DNA of 64,000 nt from an uncultured Bacteroidales bacterium (GTDB lineage: Bacteria > Bacteroidota > Bacteroidia > Bacteroidales > Bacteroidaceae), in assembly GCA_902801485.1 (NCBI GenBank), contig CADCIP010000010.1:25465-89464 (forward strand), given 5' to 3'. Each line of letters opens with the position of its first letter. Within the stretch, counting starts at the first letter, position 1. Positions 35,101 through 41,100 of this stretch are shown piece by piece. The translations under genes were made by a program, and so were the position numbers. The notes under the pieces are model-generated. The model did no database searches, was not told where the DNA came from, and worked only from the letters and a program-made list of their open reading frames with translations.

Positions 35101-38100
35101 TATTTTACACCTTTTTGACCTTCTGGGTCATCAGTTAACTCTTCTGTAATACCAATCATACCGCTATGGATGGTTACTTTGGCATCGTTCTTGGTATGAC
35201 CGTTCTCACCACCACCATATACGGAACCCATAATCTGGGGAGATGTTTTAGAGTTGGATGAAGAAGAACCTATTGTAACATCGGTATCATAGACCCATGC
35301 CACTTTATCGTGAATCTCATCAGGAGCACCCACATCACCGCGTGAAGAGCCGAACACTATACCATTTTCGTGGCCATTGATACCAATCTTACCGCCAGTG
35401 ATTTCAATCGTAGCCTTACCGGTATTCTCTTTTCCAGAAGAAAGTCCGGTAGGTAGTCCTGTTGTTCCATCATAGTCGAAAGTACCCACAGAACCATAGG
35501 CACCACCACCATATATATTATGGTAGATTTCTGGTGTTATTACAGTCTCACCATCTATGGTATTCTCAATTAATATATGGGTATTTCCTTTTACAAGCCC
35601 CGCATTAATGTTGTCGTTGTCACTTGTCTTTGTAATACTACCCTTACCGCCGCCATAGACGTTGCCTATCTCGGCTCCTCCATGCTCAGTGTTTATATCG
35701 CCAATCTTTCCACCGCGTACGGTGATGTTGGTATTGCCGTTAACAGTACCTTCCTCACCACCACCATAGACACTCTTAGCTATTGTACCGCCGGCCAAAT
35801 CTATCGTAGTATTGTCAACCTCCGTTACCAAACCAAGACCGGCACCAAACACGTTGCCTGTAATGGTTGCACCCAGAACATTGGTGGGTTCATTAGTGAC
35901 AGGTGCTCCCATATTGGAACGTATTGTAACGGTGGACTCTGTACAGATGTTCACATGGGTGTCACCCTTAACATCTGCTTCACTACCGCCACCATAGACA
36001 TTACCGATGGATCCTATTTCGTCTTTAATCTTACAACCGATGGTGTTAGCATCAATATCGGTCTGATCTGAAATGTTGGGAATATTCTTATACGCCTTCG
36101 GCAGTTGAACTGTCTCATTTAGACCAGCTTGATTACCTTTAACCTCGTTGATATTTACCGTGGGATTACCGTACATGACAGCACCCGAACCTAAACCACC
36201 ACCAAACGCATTGCCTATACTGGTGCAGGAAATAATGTTCAGAATGGGATCCCGGTACCATTGTGTTTCTGAATAATTTGTAGTAGGTGCTCCGAAAGCA
36301 TTATCCGTATGGTCACTAAGTGAACTTCTTGGCTTAACTTTATTCTCATCATTTGTGTCCGTATAATAACCAAACACCGAGTAGGCTGCCTGATTACCGC
36401 CCAGATATAGGTTGTCAATGACTAGCGGGTCACAACCAGTCTCCTCTATGGTGAGCGTGATGGGACCTTGGATGGTACCGCTTTGATCGTTACCACCGAA
36501 CACTCCAAGGAAGTGCCCACTGGTGACAACAAGGTCAACACCGCCCTTTACATTTGCCGCTCTGGCACCACCATAGACATAGTCCATGTTATTGACACAC
36601 CCCAGTATCATAGTCACAGCACCATCTTGCTCTGCCTGATTACCAGCTCCGTAAATTTCCTTTATATCGCGGACATTACAACAGTCAAATGAGGTATAGG
36701 TGGGATTTTTCTCCGGCATCGTCACGGATGTTCCACCACGCACGTTACCCTTAGTGTTACTACCACCAAAGACATACATGATATGACCACCCACTAGTTT
36801 GGTTTCGGCTTTACCTGTGCCGTATGCCTCTTTGCTCGTGTCGCCTGCATAAGCAGTCCCGTTTTCTGTCTTAGGCATCAGGCCTACATCTGCACCAGGA
36901 TTGTTAGGGGCATCTGTTGTGCTCTTACCATTACCACCGCCAAATACATAATTGATGATATAGGATCCCATGATGGTCACATCGGTAGCAGGTACAGCAG
37001 CAGCATTACCACCGCCATAAACATATTCAATACTTGTCAGATCGCAACCTTCAACCAGCACTTCTGCACAAGCAGCAGCTACCTTGGCAGGATTGCCTGC
37101 GTCGTAGCCTTCGGCGCTGGGGTCTGTTACTAATGTGGCATTTGTAGGTATATAGTCAGCTTTATTACCACCGCCATAAACAGCGGCTACATCGTAAGTG
37201 GTACGTTGTTCACGTGTCTTTGCAAGTGCCTGTTCTGAGGACTTGTCGCTACCCACTGTACGCTTTACCCAGACTTTTACATGACCCTTCGGCGAACCAT
37301 TCAGGTTGTTACAACCGAATATCTGACCAGACACAAACGTGCGGTCGTCATTGGAATCTGTCTTTGAACCAAGGTGTTGGGTCACCAGCTTCGCACCATC
37401 AAGCAATACATTGACACCACCGCCCACACGGGCTGCAATATCACTGGTGGCACCATTCTCACCGTTCTTCTGTCCTAGGCCACCACCAAAGACATTTCCA
37501 TTGATGATGCCGCCATACAAATTAACAGCGATAGCCTTAGCGGTTTGGTCATCACCTGCTTCATTGACGTTCACACCTCCCAACGCTGAACCACCATAGA
37601 CACTACCATAAATCACGGCAGCACCTGCATAGACGGGAGTCTCTCCGTCGGTCTTCGTACCGATATTCACCGTGACATCACCCTCCACCAATGTGGGCTG
37701 ACCGAAGCCTCCGCCGAATACGGTATTGACAATGTTTGTAGCTGGTTCGGGCGCTGTACCAATGGTACCACCTGTGATGGTCACTTCGGTATTGGCCTTC
37801 ACCACACCATTCTCGTTGGCACCGCCATAGACAGCGGTTTTCACGAGGGCCTTAGCATTATCGCTATTCTCTATGGTCACCGTTGTATTACCGAAGTTCT
37901 TTGCCACGATGTCCTTGGTGTTATCTGTATCATCGTGTCCCAGACCTCCACCAAATACATTCCCATTTATGGTACCTGAGTAGATATTAACACTCGTTGT
38001 CTTTGGGTCTGCGTCTGTACCAGAGTACAGTGTGCTATTGCCTTCTTTCTTTGCATTCACTGCACCTAATGCACTACCGCCATAGACATTACCTTGCACT

Positions 38101-41100
38101 GTACCGGTTCCTGTATAGGTAAAGGGAGCAGACTCGCCGCCCTTCGTGCCAAGGTTCACGGTCACGTTGCCGCCAACCACCGTGGAGGCACCCTTACCAC
38201 CACCATAGACGTCCTGAGTGACGGTACCGCTGGTCATGCTCACCTCTGTATTGCCATCCACATCGGCTGTATTGCCACCACCAAAGACATTTAGGACTCC
38301 TTCTGTTGCTGTGGCTTCAATCTTTACTTTTGTATTATGGTTTACTGCAGACATATCACCGCCACCGAATACACCGCCTGATGGAGTGCCTATTACATCA
38401 CCATTTGCATCAAATGTTTTTCCTTCTACCTTTGTGTTTCCCTTAATAGTCAAGTCGGTATAGCCCACTTTACCAAGAGCATCCAGATTCACGTCGGTTA
38501 AGACATATTTGTTGTCTTCAGTACCAGGGGCTCCTTCAGTAGTGGGAAGGTCGGCAACGTGTTTCCAATCATAGTTAACGGGATCAGGTAAATCTACCTT
38601 CTCGAATATACCCGTATTCGGGTTGAACTTGGGATTTGTTGCAAACCAATTCTTCCTCACGGGAATCTTTGGTATGTCGGCTGAATATCCACCGCCAAAT
38701 ACGTTGCCATGTACAGTACAGCCATCAAGTACAGAGGTCGCCTTATCTGAAACATTTCCCAGTTTGCCACCACCATAGAAGTTCTTATTGATGATACAAT
38801 TCTTTAGATTGGATTCAACATTCTCGCATTGCGCCAAAGAGAATGTGGCAAACTTCACAAAGAAACGGGCACCTACTAAGCCTGTTGACCATACGAAAAA
38901 TTCATAGTCATAATCAGTAGCGACACCTTTGCCTTTTTTACCATAATCAGCATGACTACTATTAGCATTAGTAGATGCACCATTGTAGTATTTGCCAAAA
39001 TCACCGTTATAGGTATTCTTGTAAGTATTGAAGTTATAACTTGTTTCGTCATAATACTTTTGCCTTGAATAGGAGAGACCACCATAGCCAGCACCGAAAT
39101 ATTCGTTGAAGGTACATCCCTCTGCATTTGTGGTGACACCCTTACCGGTTTGCATATTACCAAACTTCGGGCCACCACAGAAAGTACCCACATAACTGTT
39201 AAAGATGTCGGTGGTAATGGTTCCCTTGATGGGTTTGGTGTCGTTTATGCCACCGCCGTAGAAATTGTCAATATCGGCATTGTAAATTTGCCAATGCACA
39301 TTGCCATCGATTTGTTCTTGGGCTGCACCTGCAGCTTCAATAAAATGGCCACCGCTGATGTAGCACTCAGCGTGATCATTGGCGTTTGTTTCTGCATTCG
39401 GGTTATAGGTTCCAGAGAGGTAAAAGCCATTATATTCACCACCAGTCACGGACACTGGTACATGTGGAGTGGCTTTGTTACCGTCACTATGCGTGCCGAC
39501 ACCAAAAGAATTGATATATGCATTGCCTCCCACGTGGATATAGTAGGTCTTTCCTGAGACAGCACTAGCACGTGTGGACACGAACTGGTCCCAATAACCG
39601 CCCTGCAGAATCAACGGAGCGTATGACTTACTATTTCCTGTTATTTTCTCAGTATTTTCATATTCTATCTGGTTGGAGAACATCAGGCTGGTATTCGTGG
39701 TTTCAAACCATCCTCTCATTAGGAAGATGGTGAAATTCAAAAGGTTGCTTGCGCCATTTGGCTTCTGGGCTTGAGCAGTACCGGGAATATTCAGGAAATC
39801 AAAACGGATTGGACACACCGACTGACGGTTGCTATGGTGGTAAATCATACTATAATCGGGCTCATGGTCATTATCCAGATCTACCGACATAATGGTAAAT
39901 GGCTTGGTACCATTTGAAGGCACCGTACTTTGATGTAGGTTGCCCACTAGCACCACGGCATAGTCATACACAGTGGGATTATTAACGTCTTTGAGATTAT
40001 TCAGCGCCGATGAGATGGAGGTATAAACCGTCTGTTCGCTGCCATTTATAGTGATTTTTCCGTCAGGGAACTGTTTAACCAAGCCACTTACCTGTTGAGC
40101 GGAATATGAAGTATTGTATACCACATCGAGATATTCATCAGCCACGTAGACTGCATTTCCCCAATATGGCTCAATCCAGATATCGGTAACGCCATAGGGC
40201 ACGTCGAAATAAGCACCCTGCGAGAATACGCGACCGCTGACAGTGAATTTATCCTTATTGGAACTTTTTCGGTCGGCGAAATTAAAGTCGGGATAGTTCT
40301 TGACACCTGAGGTTGGCGCGGTATAGTTGGTAGTCGTATAGGGGTCGCCTTCAATTGCGGTGATATTGGTAATCTTCCAGCCCGTCACAACCTTGTTGTT
40401 CTTATAATTATCTGTACCGTAATCGTTGTAATAGGGTAGCTGTATCTTGTCGTAGTTGAAGTTGTAGCGTTCGAAGTCTTTGTCGGTGCGGGCTATCTCA
40501 ATTGTTCGCGATGTGATGCCGGTTCCGCTGATATGGACATTCAGTGTTTTATTACCCAACTTGCCGCCTTTGTTTCGGTCTTCCTCTTTGGGCTTGTCAT
40601 TTTCCAATGTTAAGGTAGGCGCATTATTCACATCATAATTAATGATAGAAGGATAATACCCCTGAGCCTTTAGCACCGGGTATGGCTTGGGATTAGTAAT
40701 ACTTCTATCTGCCGTTTCCAAAACCCATTTCGCCATTTCGTCTGTATTTGCCATATCACCCGTGGCGTAGAAGGCGGCTAAACGTTTGTTGCTGTTTAGC
40801 AACAGGCGATACATCTCAAAGCGCTTCAGGTATATGTCTTCAACAGCAAGGGCGTTATTATATTTTTTTGTGTTATTATCTGCGCGGGCAGCAAAGGTCG
40901 TAGCCTGATCATAAGCGTAATAGTTATAGGTGTTCAAACCTCCATGACCGTTGCTGATGTTCAGACCACCATATACAGGAGAAACATTTGTGCCACCGGT
41001 AATGTCACCATAGAACATACAGTTCATTACCATGGTACGGCAATCTTCTGCAGTTGACGCAAAAGCATTGTAACCCACAATACCACCAACGTCTCCACCA

